DNA from: Escherichia coli
GTDB lineage: Bacteria > Pseudomonadota > Gammaproteobacteria > Enterobacterales > Enterobacteriaceae
DNA length: 64,000 nucleotides
Strand: one strand, 5' to 3'
Assembly: GCF_003334815.1 (NCBI RefSeq)
Contig: NZ_QOWO01000017.1
Below, piece after piece: positions 30,630-40,205 of the stretch; position 1 is the first letter of the stretch, and each line of letters opens with the position of its first letter. Under the pieces are notes generated by a model, which saw only the letters and a program-made list of their open reading frames with translations, did not search any database and was not told the DNA's origin. The position numbers and the translations under genes are program-made.

Positions 30630-32339
30630 TTATTTCAGCGGCGAGTTTTTACGCTCAATGCTGTAACGCTCGAGTTCTTTGTACGGCACCACTTTGCTCT
30701 TCTTCTTACGCACATCGACCACGGTCATGCGGTCGGTACAGGAGTAGCAAGGGTCGAGGCTACCGATAATCAGCGGCGCATCGGAAACGGTGTTGCCGCG
30801 CAGCATGTAGCGCAGGGTCGGCCAGTTCGCGTAGGTCGCGGCACGGCAGCGCCAGCGGTACAGCTTCTGGTTGTCGCCGGTCATGCTCCAGTGGATATCA
30901 TCGCCGCGCGGCGCTTCGGCAAAGCCCAGCGCAAAGCGGTGCGGAATGTAGGTAAAGCCTTCCACCATCAGTGGGCCACCCGGCAGGTTATCCAGACCGT
31001 AGTCGATCATGTTCAGCGCGGTATAGACTTCGTTGATACGCACTTTCAGACGGGAAATAACGTCGCAGCCCTGCTCGCTGTGGACTTCCATTGGCAGCAG
31101 GCCATAGCCGACAAACGGGTGATCGGCGCGGGTATCACGGGCGTGACCGCTGGCACGGACCATCGGGCCGACGTTACTGAAGTCGCGAGCGATTTCCGGG
31201 TCCAGACGACCAATGCCGACAGTGCGCTGTTCCATGTTCGGAGTGCTCAGCAGCACATCCACCAGCTCCTGCACTTCACGACGCATCTGTTGTGCCAGCT
31301 GGCGGGTCTGGATCATGTCGTCTTTCAGCAGATCGCGACGAATCCCGCCGATCAAGTTCAGGCCGTAGGTTTTACGCGCACCGGTAAGGATCTCTGCCAT
31401 TTTCATGGAGGTTTCACGCACGCGGAAGAACTGCATAAAGCCGGAGTCGAAGCCGGTAAAGTGACAGGCCAGGCCAAGGTTGAGCAGATGCGAGTGCAAG
31501 CGTTCTACCTCCAGCAGAATGGCGCGGATCATCTGCGCACGTTCTGGCACCTGAATACCCATCGCGTTTTCCACCGACGTGGTGTAGGCGGTGCTGTGGG
31601 CAAAGCCGCAGATCCCGCACACACGGTCAGAGAGGAAGGTCACTTCGTTATAACCCATACGGGTTTCCGCCAGTTTTTCCATGCCGCGATGGACGTAGAA
31701 CAGACGGTAGTCGGCGTCGATAATGTTTTCGCCATCGACGAACAGACGGAAGTGGCCCGGTTCATCAGAAGTGACGTGCAGCGGACCAATCGGCACGACG
31801 TTGTTTTTCTTGTCGCCCAGTTCGTTGATGAACTCGTAGGTTTCAGCATCGGTGGTCGGTGCCGGACGCTGACGATAATCCATGCTGTCTTTACGCAGCG
31901 GATAAAGTTCATCCGGCCAGTCATCCGGCAGCACCAGACGACGTTCATCCGGCAGACCAACCGGAATCAAACCGTACATATCGCGCACTTCACGCTCGCC
32001 CCACACCGCCGCCGGAACGCGCGGCGTCACGGACGGATATTCCGGTTTGTTGGCGTCAACTTCGACGCGAACCGTAATCCAACACTTAGTGCCCTTCTCC
32101 ATCGACAGCACGTAGTAAACGGCGTAATGACCATTCAGTTTGCGTTCGTCGTTACCAAACAGCACCGACAGCCAGCCACCCTGTTTGTAGTAAAGAAACT
32201 CCACCACTTCCGGCAGGTAGTTCACCTTTACGGTGACAGTCAGCTGATCTTTGGTCTGCCAGGCGTGGTCCAGCACGACGCCCGGAAATGCCTCATTCAG
32301 CGCGGCGAGATAATGTTGACCTAATTTTTCTTCAGACAT
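30630..32339 (-). CDS. hycE: Hydrogenase 3 [NiFe] large subunit
   Basis: NuoC-NuoD-like fusion; C-terminal DPCxSCxDR nickel-binding motif; start set at MSEEKLGQHY. Confidence 0.95.
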   Translation of the reverse strand: MSEEKLGQHYLAALNEAFPGVVLDHAWQTKDQLTVTVKVNYLPEVVEFLYYKQGGWLSVLFGNDERKLNGHYAVYYVLSMEKGTKCWITVRVEVDANKPEYPSVTPRVPAAVWGEREVRDMYGLIPVGLPDERRLVLPDDWPDELYPLRKDSMDYRQRPAPTTDAETYEFINELGDKKNNVVPIGPLHVTSDEPGHFRLFVDGENIIDADYRLFYVHRGMEKLAETRMGYNEVTFLSDRVCGICGFAHSTAYTTSVENAMGIQVPERAQMIRAILLEVERLHSHLLNLGLACHFTGFDSGFMQFFRVRETSMKMAEILTGARKTYGLNLIGGIRRDLLKDDMIQTRQLAQQMRREVQELVDVLLSTPNMEQRTVGIGRLDPEIARDFSNVGPMVRASGHARDTRADHPFVGYGLLPMEVHSEQGCDVISRLKVRINEVYTALNMIDYGLDNLPGGPLMVEGFTYIPHRFALGFAEAPRGDDIHWSMTGDNQKLYRWRCRAATYANWPTLRYMLRGNTVSDAPLIIGSLDPCYSCTDRMTVVDVRKKKSKVVPYKELERYSIERKNSPLK

Positions 32340-32356
32340 GCTCAAACTCTCTTTAA

Positions 32357-33280
32357 TCACGCCGCCAGCAAGGAGACGAACGCTAAAAATGCAAAGCCAA
32401 ACCCAGCCCAGGTAATGCGCGGAGTAATATCAAGACGCAGACGGGCCATGCTGTTTTCGAACAGCGCGATAACCAGGACGCCGACCACCAGTTTTACGAT
32501 GGCAATCACCAGCGCCAGCAGCAGTCCACCGGCGGTGAAGGTTTCCATTTGTCCCCACGGAATAAACACCCCGACGAACATCTGCAACACCACCAGCTGT
32601 TTCAGGCTGATACCCCATTTCATGACGCCAAAGCCGCTGCCGCTGTATTCAGAGAGCGGGCCTTCCTGCAGCTCCTGCTCGGCTTCCGCCAGGTCGAACG
32701 GCAGTTTGCCCATTTCGATAAAGGTGGCGAACGCACAGGCACAAAGCGCCAGTACCAGCGGGATGCTCTGGCTCAGCGGCCAGTGATAAACGGTGTCGGT
32801 GATGTTGCTGATGTTGGTGGAACCGGCAACCTGTGCGGCAACCCACAGACCAAGCAGCAGCATCGGTTCGACCAGCACGCCAAGCATCGCTTCACGGCTC
32901 GCGCCGATAGCGGTAAACGGGCTACCGGTATCCAGACCAGAAATGGCAAAGAAGAAACGCGCGATGGCAAAGAGATACAGTAAGGTGATCAAATCACCCA
33001 GTTGCGGCAGCGGAGAACCGACGGTCACCACCGGCAGCGCAGTAGCGATAGTCAGCATGACGCCCACCATCACATACGGCGTCAGGCGGAACACCCAGCC
33101 GGAGGCATCCGGGCCGACGCTCTGACGCCCCAGCAGTTTGATAATGTCGCGATACTCCTGCAACACGCCCGGCCCGCGACGGTTATGCAAGCGGGCGCGC
33201 GCCACGCGGGTTATACCGGAGAGCAGCGGCGCAACGGCAAATAACACCAGCGCCTGAATTAACGGATATAAAACACTCAT
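32357..33280 (-). CDS. hycD: Formate hydrogenlyase membrane subunit (NuoH-like)
   Basis: 307 aa polytopic membrane protein recognised as HycD. Confidence 0.93.
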   Translation of the reverse strand: MSVLYPLIQALVLFAVAPLLSGITRVARARLHNRRGPGVLQEYRDIIKLLGRQSVGPDASGWVFRLTPYVMVGVMLTIATALPVVTVGSPLPQLGDLITLLYLFAIARFFFAISGLDTGSPFTAIGASREAMLGVLVEPMLLLGLWVAAQVAGSTNISNITDTVYHWPLSQSIPLVLALCACAFATFIEMGKLPFDLAEAEQELQEGPLSEYSGSGFGVMKWGISLKQLVVLQMFVGVFIPWGQMETFTAGGLLLALVIAIVKLVVGVLVIALFENSMARLRLDITPRITWAGFGFAFLAFVSLLAA

Positions 33281-33282
33281 TC

Positions 33283-35109
33283 TCAGGCTCCTCGTGAAAC
33301 AATAATCACCACCAGTACCGCCAGTTCAACCAGCGCCATCCGGCGGAACAGCAACGCACTCCCCTCGCACTGCCAGCCCGGCACCAGAGACACCGGATTC
33401 AGCCATTTGCGTAGTTTCAGCACCGGCGCAAACGCCTGTTTCACCGGCATGGCAAAACCGTGAGCGGTAATCACCATTGATTTTTCGTGGTCGTAACCGC
33501 ACACCCAGGCCGCACCGCGGGAACGCGATGGCAAACGATCGCCTTTGCAAATCGCCATAATGATGAATGGCAGCAGCGGGCAGGCAATCAGCAGCAACGT
33601 GATCATCGGTTGAGAAACGGTGGTGTTAGCAGGCTCCAGCGGCAGAGGTACAGCAGCAGAGAGCATCGGCAGTAGCCACGGCGCAGCAACACCGCCAATT
33701 ACGCAGCAAATCGCCAGTGCCACTACGCTTACGCTCATCAGGAGCGGCGCACAGGTGGCGTTTTCGGCTTCTTTGGTGCGCGGCGCGCCGAGGAACGTGA
33801 CGCCATAGACTTTCGCCATACACATCACCGCCAGCGCACCGGTAATTGCCAGCCCCACAGCGAGCAGCGGCCCCAGCAGACGGGCAACAAACGCGCCACT
33901 ATTGCTCAGTTTGAAAAATGATTGATAGATAACCCATTCCCCGGCAAAACCATTCAGCGGCGGCAGCGCAGCCATTGCCATCAGCCCGACTAACATGGCG
34001 ATGGAGATAACCGGCATTTTCTTGCCAATACCACCGAGTTTTTCGATATCGCGATGACCGGTACGGAACCAGACGCTCCCCGCCCCGAGGAACAGTACGC
34101 TTTTGAACAGGCTATGGTTAAGCAGATGGTACAGACCACCGACCAGGCCAAGAGCAATCAGCGCCGGTTGTTCGAGCGCGATACCCGTTACGCCAGCGCC
34201 CAGCCCCAGCAGGATGATGCCGATATTTTCCAGGGTGTGGTAAGCCAGCAGGCGCTGGATGTTGTGCTCCACCAGCGCATACAGACCACCGACAAACGCG
34301 GTGATCATGCCGAGCACCAGCAGCGCGATCCCCCACCACAGCGGTGCATTACCGCCCAGCAGTGACAGGGTTAAAATGCCCAGCAGGCCAATTTTCATGA
34401 CTACCGTAGAAAACAACGCGGCAGCTGGCGCAGAGGCGTTCGCATGTGCCTGCGGCACCCAGCCGTGCAGCGGAATAATCCCGGCCAGCAGGCCAAAGCC
34501 AATCACTCCGAGCAGCCAGATATCGGAACCGAGCGGCAGCTGTTGCATACGCATATCCAGCAGGCGCAGATCCAGCGTGCCGTAACGCTGCCACAGCAGC
34601 CAGCAAGCAATCGCCAGCAGCAGAGTGCCAAGACGCCCCAGCGCAAACCACAGTTTGCCCTCTTTGCTGTTGCTGGTGAGGAACACCGCGCACAGGGCCA
34701 TGATTTCGGCCATTACCACGAACATGCCGAGGTTGCTGGCAATGACGGCGCAGACGGCGGCAGCCATCAACATATTGATCTGCAAGCCGTTGCACTTCAC
34801 CTGCGCGTGGCGATGCCAGTCAATGTTGTAGAGGCTGACAAACAGACCGCACAGACCGAGCGTAATCAGCCAAATCGCGTTAAGCGGAGAGATTTGCACA
34901 TCGTAGCTTACCAGCGACAGCGCACCGCTCACGCCAACCGCGCCAGTCAGTACAGTGAAGCCCGCGGCTGCCGTATACAGACTACCAACCGCGCCGCCAA
35001 TTCCAGCTATCCAGCCACTTAACGCTTTTTGAAAAGAAAAGAGAAATGCCAGAACAGCGGCGGCGACAAACCACGCCACGCCGCTATTGATCAGGGAAAT
35101 TGCGCTCAT
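33283..35109 (-). CDS. hycC: Formate hydrogenlyase membrane subunit (NuoL/antiporter-like)
   Basis: 608 aa polytopic membrane protein recognised as HycC. Confidence 0.93.
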   Translation of the reverse strand: MSAISLINSGVAWFVAAAVLAFLFSFQKALSGWIAGIGGAVGSLYTAAAGFTVLTGAVGVSGALSLVSYDVQISPLNAIWLITLGLCGLFVSLYNIDWHRHAQVKCNGLQINMLMAAAVCAVIASNLGMFVVMAEIMALCAVFLTSNSKEGKLWFALGRLGTLLLAIACWLLWQRYGTLDLRLLDMRMQQLPLGSDIWLLGVIGFGLLAGIIPLHGWVPQAHANASAPAAALFSTVVMKIGLLGILTLSLLGGNAPLWWGIALLVLGMITAFVGGLYALVEHNIQRLLAYHTLENIGIILLGLGAGVTGIALEQPALIALGLVGGLYHLLNHSLFKSVLFLGAGSVWFRTGHRDIEKLGGIGKKMPVISIAMLVGLMAMAALPPLNGFAGEWVIYQSFFKLSNSGAFVARLLGPLLAVGLAITGALAVMCMAKVYGVTFLGAPRTKEAENATCAPLLMSVSVVALAICCVIGGVAAPWLLPMLSAAVPLPLEPANTTVSQPMITLLLIACPLLPFIIMAICKGDRLPSRSRGAAWVCGYDHEKSMVITAHGFAMPVKQAFAPVLKLRKWLNPVSLVPGWQCEGSALLFRRMALVELAVLVVIIVSRGA

Positions 35110-35717
35110 TTAGCCTCTCCACTTTGAGCCTGCTGAAACAAGGTGAGATCGCCAAAGTCCGTGTTAAAGGTCAGCTCACGCTTACGTTTGCTGACGCGGG
35201 CGATATCGGTGTTATCCACCAGATGCAGGGCTTTAGTCGGGCACATCCGCACGCAGGCCGGACCTTGTTCATCAAAGCTACAAAGGTCACATTTGACGGC
35301 GATCGCGCGAATACCTGGCACCCAGTCAAGCAATGTGCTGACACGCGCCGGAGCAGGCGGTGCCGGTGGCGCTTTCGGGGTATTGGCGTTTGCCGGAATA
35401 TCCAGCGGACGGCTGCCGGAAAATTCAATTGCGCCAAACGGGCAGGCGATGCCGCACAGCTTGCAGCTTACGCACAGGCTTTCATTCAACTGCACGGCCC
35501 CATCGACGCGGGTGATGGCGTTAACCGGGCAGACCACCGCGCAGGGTGCATCTTCACAGTGGTGACAGAGCTGCGGCGCAGATTCTTTTTCATTCAGCAT
35601 CACTCTCAGGCGCGGCATTGATTGCAGGCCGTGCTGGCGATGCGTCTCTGAACAGGCGGCCTCACAAGTGTGGCAGCCGATACAGAGCGTGGAGTCAGCA
35701 ATTACAAAACGATTCAC
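35106..35717 (-). CDS. hycB: Formate hydrogenlyase Fe-S subunit
   Basis: 203 aa; four ferredoxin-type Cys clusters. Confidence 0.93.
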   Translation of the reverse strand: MNRFVIADSTLCIGCHTCEAACSETHRQHGLQSMPRLRVMLNEKESAPQLCHHCEDAPCAVVCPVNAITRVDGAVQLNESLCVSCKLCGIACPFGAIEFSGSRPLDIPANANTPKAPPAPPAPARVSTLLDWVPGIRAIAVKCDLCSFDEQGPACVRMCPTKALHLVDNTDIARVSKRKRELTFNTDFGDLTLFQQAQSGEAK

Positions 35718-35841
35718 CAGGCATTCCTCAGGTGATTGTCATTTTTGACGAAAACATGCCGATGAAATGTCATTTTCGACACTCATCGACACGCCCATCC
35801 CCAAACAGGCGTAACGCCTGCAAAACGGGCAAAGCCTCAGC

Positions 35842-36303
35842 TCATGCTGCCGGGCTTTGTCCCTTTACCAGTTGGCTTAAATTCACCGGCACATTGTTTT
35901 CAATAGCGGTGTATAAGCTGTCGTAAACGCCAGCGATTTTTTCGAGATAGTGTTCCAGAACCTGTTCGCGATCGCGGATGTTGACCTTGCCATCAATCAT
36001 GCCGTCAATGCTCAGTTGCGCCTGCGCAATCCGCTGTTTGTCTTCGCCATCTTTTGTTTCGACGTAATACTCGATGGTGTGGCTGTTAAAGCCATCCGCC
36101 AGGGTGACGTAAATGCGAAAATGTTCAAAAAGGACGAAACAGAGTTCTTTGTCCGGCGCGCAGCTCATGGCGTGATGCAGGCGCGCTTTCGATAACGTGA
36201 TCCCCTGAACCAGCGAATTGCAGTAGATGTGCCACTGGTCCTGTAGGCGACGATGCCGCTGTGCGATGTAATCGGCTTTCTCGCTTATTTCCCAAATAGT
36301 CAT
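35842..36303 (-). CDS. hycA: Formate hydrogenlyase regulatory protein HycA
   Basis: 153 aa translation recognised as HycA. Confidence 0.92.
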   Translation of the reverse strand: MTIWEISEKADYIAQRHRRLQDQWHIYCNSLVQGITLSKARLHHAMSCAPDKELCFVLFEHFRIYVTLADGFNSHTIEYYVETKDGEDKQRIAQAQLSIDGMIDGKVNIRDREQVLEHYLEKIAGVYDSLYTAIENNVPVNLSQLVKGQSPAA

Positions 36304-36338
36304 TGTCAGGTTACCCGTTTAACAGAGATGCCAGCTTT

Positions 36339-36358
36339 AAGCATTTTTTGTGCCAACT
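36339..36358 (-). promoter_or_regulatory. Sigma-54 promoter of the hyc operon
   Basis: Minus strand reads TTGGCACAAAAAATGCTT with GG-N10-GC spacing. Confidence 0.75.
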
Positions 36359-36394
36359 TTTAATTTATTGTTATTAAAGAGATTTTTAAGCTAA

Positions 36395-36445
36395 AGATGA
36401 ATTTCGTCGCCGTGTCGACGTGTCATTTCGACATCATCGACATTA
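36395..36445. promoter_or_regulatory. Probable FhlA upstream activating region shared by hyc and hyp
   Basis: Clustered GTCGAC/CATCGACA repeats (tgtcgacgtgtcatttcgacatcatcgaca) midway between the divergent sigma-54 promoters. Confidence 0.55.
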
Positions 36446-36466
36446 TTCACCGCAGGGATAATCAAC

Positions 36467-36483
36467 ACTGGCACAATTATTGC
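36467..36483 (+). promoter_or_regulatory. Sigma-54 promoter of the hyp operon
   Basis: CTGGCACAATTATTGCT with GG-N10-GC spacing, about 35 bp upstream of hypA. Confidence 0.75.
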
Positions 36484-36514
36484 TTGTAGCTGGCAATAGT
36501 TAATGGGAGGCGAT

Positions 36515-36865
36515 ATGCACGAAATAACCCTCTGCCAACGGGCACTGGAATTGATCGAACAGCAGGCCGCAAAACACGGCGCAAAACGCGTAACTGGGGT
36601 CTGGCTCAAAATTGGCGCATTTTCTTGTGTCGAAACCAGCTCTCTTGCCTTTTGTTTTGATCTGGTTTGCCGCGGCAGCGTGGCGGAAGGTTGTAAACTG
36701 CACCTCGAAGAACAAGAGGCCGAATGCTGGTGTGAAACATGCCAACAGTATGTGACGCTACTGACCCAGCGCGTCCGCCGCTGTCCACAGTGTCATGGTG
36801 ACATGCTGCAGATTGTGGCAGACGACGGTTTACAGATTCGGCGGATAGAAATAGACCAGGAGTGA
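36515..36865 (+). CDS. hypA: Hydrogenase nickel-insertion protein HypA
   Basis: Start set at MHEITLCQRALE; two zinc-binding CxxC pairs. Confidence 0.93.
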   Translation: MHEITLCQRALELIEQQAAKHGAKRVTGVWLKIGAFSCVETSSLAFCFDLVCRGSVAEGCKLHLEEQEAECWCETCQQYVTLLTQRVRRCPQCHGDMLQIVADDGLQIRRIEIDQE

Positions 36866-36868
36866 GCG

Positions 36869-37741
36869 ATGTGTACAACATGCGGTTGCGGTGAAGGCAA
36901 CCTGTATATCGAGGGTGATGAACATAACCCTCATTCCGCGTTTCGTAGCGCGCCATTTGCCCCGGCGGCACGCCCGAAGATGAAAATCACCGGCATTAAA
37001 GCGCCTGAATTTACCCCCAGCCAGACTGAAGAAGGCGACCTGCATTACGGTCATGGCGAAGCGGGCACTCACGCACCGGGCATGAGCCAGCGTCGGATGC
37101 TGGAAGTCGAAATTGACGTGCTGGACAAAAATAACCGTCTGGCTGAACGCAACCGCGCGCGCTTTGCTGCCCGCAAGCAACTGGTGCTCAACCTGGTTTC
37201 CAGCCCTGGTTCCGGTAAAACCACCCTGCTGACGGAAACCCTAATGCGCCTGAAAGACAGCGTTCCGTGCGCAGTTATTGAAGGCGACCAGCAAACCGTG
37301 AACGATGCCGCACGCATTCGCGCTACCGGCACACCAGCGATTCAGGTGAACACCGGTAAAGGCTGCCATCTTGACGCACAGATGATTGCCGACGCCGCAC
37401 CGCGTCTGCCACTGGACGATAACGGTATTCTGTTTATCGAAAACGTTGGCAACCTCGTATGCCCGGCCAGCTTCGATCTCGGTGAAAAACACAAAGTGGC
37501 GGTGCTTTCCGTTACCGAAGGTGAAGACAAACCGCTGAAATATCCGCATATGTTTGCCGCCGCCTCGCTGATGCTGCTCAACAAAGTTGACCTGTTGCCG
37601 TATCTCAACTTTGACGTTGAAAAGTGCATCGCCTGCGCCCGCGAAGTCAATCCAGAAATTGAAATCATCCTTATTTCCGCCACCAGCGGCGAAGGGATGG
37701 ACCAGTGGCTGAACTGGCTGGAGACACAGCGATGTGCATAG
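36869..37741 (+). CDS. hypB: Hydrogenase nickel-incorporation GTPase HypB
   Basis: N-terminal CTTCGC metal site and GTPase P-loop GSPGSGKT. Confidence 0.95.
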   Translation: MCTTCGCGEGNLYIEGDEHNPHSAFRSAPFAPAARPKMKITGIKAPEFTPSQTEEGDLHYGHGEAGTHAPGMSQRRMLEVEIDVLDKNNRLAERNRARFAARKQLVLNLVSSPGSGKTTLLTETLMRLKDSVPCAVIEGDQQTVNDAARIRATGTPAIQVNTGKGCHLDAQMIADAAPRLPLDDNGILFIENVGNLVCPASFDLGEKHKVAVLSVTEGEDKPLKYPHMFAAASLMLLNKVDLLPYLNFDVEKCIACAREVNPEIEIILISATSGEGMDQWLNWLETQRCA

Positions 37742-38004
37742 GCGTTCCCGGCCAGATCCGCACCATTGACGGCAACCAGGCGAAAGTCGACGTCTGCGGC
37801 ATTCAGCGCGATGTCGATTTAACGTTAGTCGGCAGCTGCGATGAAAACGGTCAGCCGCGCGTGGGCCAGTGGGTACTGGTACACGTTGGCTTTGCCATGA
37901 GCGTAATTAATGAAGCCGAAGCACGCGACACTCTCGACGCCTTACAAAACATGTTTGACGTTGAGCCGGATGTCGGCGCGCTGTTGTATGGCGAGGAAAA
38001 ATAA
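37732..38004 (+). CDS. hypC: Hydrogenase maturation chaperone HypC
   Basis: Start set at MCIGVPGQI (conserved N-terminal Cys); 90 aa. Confidence 0.92.
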   Translation: MCIGVPGQIRTIDGNQAKVDVCGIQRDVDLTLVGSCDENGQPRVGQWVLVHVGFAMSVINEAEARDTLDALQNMFDVEPDVGALLYGEEK

Positions 38005-39125
38005 TGCGTTTTGTTGATGAATATCGCGCGCCGGAACAGGTGATGCAGTTAATTGAGCATCTGCGCGAACGTGCTTCACATCTCTCTTACACCGCCGAAC
38101 GCCCTCTGCGGATTATGGAAGTGTGTGGCGGTCATACCCACGCTATCTTTAAATTCGGCCTCGACCAGTTACTGCCGGAAAACGTTGAGTTTATCCACGG
38201 TCCGGGGTGCCCGGTGTGCGTACTGCCGATGGGTAGAATCGACACCTGCGTGGAGATTGCCAGCCATCCGGAAGTCATCTTCTGTACCTTTGGCGACGCC
38301 ATGCGCGTGCCGGGGAAACAGGGATCGCTGTTGCAGGCAAAAGCACGCGGTGCCGATGTGCGCATCGTTTACTCGCCGATGGATGCGTTGAAACTGGCGC
38401 AGGAGAATCCAACCCGCAAAGTGGTGTTCTTCGGCTTAGGTTTTGAAACCACTATGCCGACCACCGCTATCACTCTGCAACAGGCGAAAGCGCGTGATGT
38501 GCAGAATTTTTACTTCTTCTGCCAGCACATTACGCTTATCCCGACGTTGCGCAGTTTGCTGGAACAGCCGGATAACGGTATCGATGCGTTCCTCGCGCCG
38601 GGTCACGTCAGTATGGTTATCGGCACCGACGCCTATAATTTTATCGCCAGCGATTTTCATCGTCCGCTGGTGGTTGCTGGATTCGAACCCCTTGATCTAC
38701 TACAAGGCGTGGTCATGCTGGTGCAGCAGAAAATAGCGGCCCACAGCAAGGTAGAGAATCAGTATCGTCGAGTGGTACCGGATGCCGGTAACCTGCTGGC
38801 GCAACAGGCGATTGCCGATGTGTTCTGTGTCAACGGCGACAGCGAATGGCGCGGCTTAGGCGTGATTGAATCTTCTGGCGTGCACCTGACGCCGGATTAT
38901 CAACGATTCGATGCCGAAGCACATTTCCGCCCGGCACCGCAGCAGGTCTGCGATGACCCGCGCGCGCGTTGTGGTGAGGTATTAACGGGCAAATGTAAGC
39001 CGCATCAATGCCCGCTGTTTGGTAACACCTGTAATCCTCAAACCGCGTTTGGTGCGCTGATGGTTTCCTCCGAAGGAGCGTGCGCCGCGTGGTATCAGTA
39101 TCGTCAGCAGGAGAGTGAAGCGTGA
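38004..39125 (+). CDS. hypD: Hydrogenase maturation factor HypD
   Basis: 373 aa; CGxH and GPGCPVC motifs. Confidence 0.95.
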   Translation: MRFVDEYRAPEQVMQLIEHLRERASHLSYTAERPLRIMEVCGGHTHAIFKFGLDQLLPENVEFIHGPGCPVCVLPMGRIDTCVEIASHPEVIFCTFGDAMRVPGKQGSLLQAKARGADVRIVYSPMDALKLAQENPTRKVVFFGLGFETTMPTTAITLQQAKARDVQNFYFFCQHITLIPTLRSLLEQPDNGIDAFLAPGHVSMVIGTDAYNFIASDFHRPLVVAGFEPLDLLQGVVMLVQQKIAAHSKVENQYRRVVPDAGNLLAQQAIADVFCVNGDSEWRGLGVIESSGVHLTPDYQRFDAEAHFRPAPQQVCDDPRARCGEVLTGKCKPHQCPLFGNTCNPQTAFGALMVSSEGACAAWYQYRQQESEA

Positions 39126-40132
39126 ATAATATCCAACTCGCCCACGGTAGCGGCGGCCAGGCGATGCAGCAATTAATCAACAGCCTGTTTATGGAAGCCT
39201 TTGCCAACCCGTGGCTGGCAGAGCAGGAAGATCAGGCACGTCTTGATCTGGCGCAGCTGGTAGCGGAAGGCGACCGTCTGGCGTTCTCCACCGACAGTTA
39301 CGTTATTGACCCGCTGTTCTTCCCTGGCGGTAATATCGGCAAGCTGGCGATTTGCGGCACAGCCAATGACGTTGCGGTCAGTGGCGCTATTCCGCGCTAT
39401 CTCTCCTGTGGCTTTATCCTCGAAGAAGGATTGCCGATGGAGACACTGAAAGCCGTAGTGACCAGCATGGCAGAAACCGCCCGCGCGGCAGGCATTGCCA
39501 TCGTTACTGGCGATACTAAAGTGGTGCAGCGCGGCGCGGTAGATAAACTGTTTATCAACACCGCTGGCATGGGCGCAATTCCGGCGAATATTCACTGGGG
39601 CGCACAGACGCTAACCGCAGGCGATGTATTGCTGGTGAGCGGTACACTCGGCGACCACGGGGCGACTATCCTTAACCTGCGTGAGCAGCTGGGGCTGGAT
39701 GGCGAACTGGTCAGCGACTGCGCGGTGCTGACGCCGCTTATTCAGACGCTGCGTGACATTCCCGGCGTGAAAGCGCTGCGTGATGCCACCCGTGGTGGTG
39801 TAAACGCGGTGGTTCATGAGTTCGCGGCAGCCTGCGGTTGTGGTATTGAACTTTCAGAAGCGGCACTGCCTGTTAAACCTGCCGTGCGTGGCGTTTGCGA
39901 ATTGCTGGGACTGGACGCCCTGAACTTTGCCAACGAAGGCAAACTAGTAATAGCTGTTGAACGCAACGCGGCAGAGCAAGTGCTGGCAGCGTTACATTCC
40001 CATCCACTGGGGAAAGACGCGGCGCTGATTGGTGAAGTGGTGGAACGTAAAGGTGTTCGTCTTGCCGGTCTGTATGGCGTGAAACGAACCCTCGATTTAC
40101 CACACGCCGAACCGCTTCCGCGTATATGCTAA
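39122..40132 (+). CDS. hypE: Hydrogenase maturation carbamoyl dehydratase HypE
   Basis: 336 aa; AIR-synthase-like fold; ends ...PRIC with the C-terminal Cys. Confidence 0.95.
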   Translation: MNNIQLAHGSGGQAMQQLINSLFMEAFANPWLAEQEDQARLDLAQLVAEGDRLAFSTDSYVIDPLFFPGGNIGKLAICGTANDVAVSGAIPRYLSCGFILEEGLPMETLKAVVTSMAETARAAGIAIVTGDTKVVQRGAVDKLFINTAGMGAIPANIHWGAQTLTAGDVLLVSGTLGDHGATILNLREQLGLDGELVSDCAVLTPLIQTLRDIPGVKALRDATRGGVNAVVHEFAAACGCGIELSEAALPVKPAVRGVCELLGLDALNFANEGKLVIAVERNAAEQVLAALHSHPLGKDAALIGEVVERKGVRLAGLYGVKRTLDLPHAEPLPRIC

Positions 40133-40205
40133 TAAAATTCTAAATCTCCTATAGTTAGTCAATGACCTTTTGCACCGCTTTGCGGTGCTTTCCTGGAAGA
40201 ACAAA

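Noticed and set aside
30891-32324. 477 aa ORF on the plus strand, antisense to hycE
   Set aside because: Same reasoning: embedded antisense to a confidently identified gene, with an unrecognisable His/Val/Gln-rich translation
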